Shown here: in pieces, positions 31,278 through 32,000 of the stretch | How positions within the stretch are numbered: the stretch's first letter is position 1 | Layout of the letters: each line of letters begins with the position of its first letter | DNA from: Halorhodospira halophila SL1 | Lineage (GTDB): Bacteria; Pseudomonadota; Gammaproteobacteria; Nitrococcales; Halorhodospiraceae | DNA: 32,000 nucleotides | Assembly: GCF_000015585.1 (NCBI RefSeq) | Contig: NC_008789.1 | Location: 1,320,001-1,352,000, forward strand | Direction: 5' to 3' | Notes under the pieces: generated by a model | What the model was told of the DNA's origin: nothing | The model's input: only the letters and a program-made list of their open reading frames with translations | Database searches by the model: none | Position numbers and translations under genes: made by a program

Positions 31278-32000
31278 ACCCGGCCCTCCCGGGCGTGCAG
31301 CCGAGTCAGCAGCCCGGACACCGCGGCAGTCAACTCGCATCCCGGTTCCAACTCGACAGGCAGGTACCAGAGCCGGTCCGCCTGCGGGAGATCACGGCAC
31401 TTCACCGCATCCTTCTCGGTCATGATGATCGGTCGCTCGTCAGCGAAGGAAAGATCCTGGGAGGAATAGGCGTGATGATCCGGGAAAACGTGGCGTTCCG
31501 CCACACCGATCCCGACCTCCTGCAGGGAGGCAAAGAACCGCTCGGGATGACCGATGCCGGCGACGGCGTGGGCTTCCCCGCCCGGCCAGGGCCGCTGGCT
31601 CCCGTCTACGGCCCGCGGTGCGCCCGGTTGCAGATGGAATACACAATCCCCTTCCGGGACCGCGTCCCCATTGACGGCGACGATATCCACGCCAGCCAGG
31701 CGCCCGATCGGCTCACGCAGTGGCCCGGCTGGCAGCAGTCGCCGATTGCCCAATCGTCGATGCGCGTCGAGGACCACGATCTCCGCGTCCCGGCGCATCC
31801 GGTAGTGCTGCAAGCCGTCGTCACTGACCACCACGTCGCAGCCGGCCTGGTAGGCAGCCTGGACGGTGGCCGGACGATCACTGCCGACGAACACCGGCAC
31901 AGCGCAGCGCCGGGCGAGCAGGAGCGGTTCATCCCCCGAGTCGGCCGGATCCGAGTCGGCGGTCACCGCCACCGGCCCCTTCCCCGCCCGGCCGCCGTAG
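31274..32000 (-). CDS. lpxK: Tetraacyldisaccharide 4'-kinase, C-terminal part; the gene continues beyond the right edge.
   Basis: The SDDGLQHYRMRRDAEIVVLD...GNRRLLPAGPLREP motif is present. The reading frame stays open upstream of the track Met at 31972 (YGGRAGKGPVAV...) up to the window end. Confidence 0.9.
   Translation of the reverse strand, partial: YGGRAGKGPVAVTADSDPADSGDEPLLLARRCAVPVFVGSDRPATVQAAYQAGCDVVVSDDGLQHYRMRRDAEIVVLDAHRRLGNRRLLPAGPLREPIGRLAGVDIVAVNGDAVPEGDCVFHLQPGAPRAVDGSQRPWPGGEAHAVAGIGHPERFFASLQEVGIGVAERHVFPDHHAYSSQDLSFADERPIIMTEKDAVKCRDLPQADRLWYLPVELEPGCELTAAVSGLLTRLHAREGRV

Overview
High-GC gammaproteobacterial chromosome segment centred on the replication-origin gene cluster. 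The gene order resembles Pseudomonas and Chromatiales; that comparison is from memory of those genomes, not a database hit. The window holds two blocks of conserved housekeeping synteny. Block A (1-18926) is ntrC'-ntrB-glnA, tusA-like plus a PP-loop ATPase, glyQS-gmhB-plsC, gyrB-recF-dnaN-dnaA, then divergent rpmH-rnpA-yidD-yidC-mnmE. Block B (18927-32000) is fabF'-acpP-fabG-fabD-fabH-plsX-rpmF-yceD, maf, sppA-rluC, rne, and LMW-PTP-kdsB-lpxK'. Essentially every base is explained by well-known core genes, short operon spacers or convergent-gene hairpins. By eye I found no CRISPR array, transposase, integrase, phage gene, toxin-antitoxin pair, tRNA/rRNA, or cluster of unknown ORFs. I therefore do not think this window carries a novel multi-gene accessory system, and I say so rather than invent one. 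Six things deserve a second look. (1) Blocks A and B meet at an abrupt junction where a 46-codon N-terminal remnant of fabF runs straight into the stop codon of convergent mnmE; this is a rearrangement breakpoint or an assembly chimera. (2) The dnaA-dnaN spacer is AT-rich and dense in DnaA boxes, making it a candidate oriC in an unusual place for a gammaproteobacterium, and the rpmH-dnaA spacer holds two perfect phased DnaA boxes. (3) A perfect NtrC palindrome and a correctly spaced sigma54 -24/-12 element sit only 5 nt from the ntrB start codon. (4) A THUMP-less, rhodanese-less PP-loop thiolation-type ATPase is translationally coupled to a TusA-like sulfur carrier, at the position where Pseudomonas has thiI. 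(5) rne has a long leader of about 335 nt behind a strong promoter. (6) The mnmE start codon is ambiguous. Many long ORFs in the supplied track are antisense artefacts of the high GC content.
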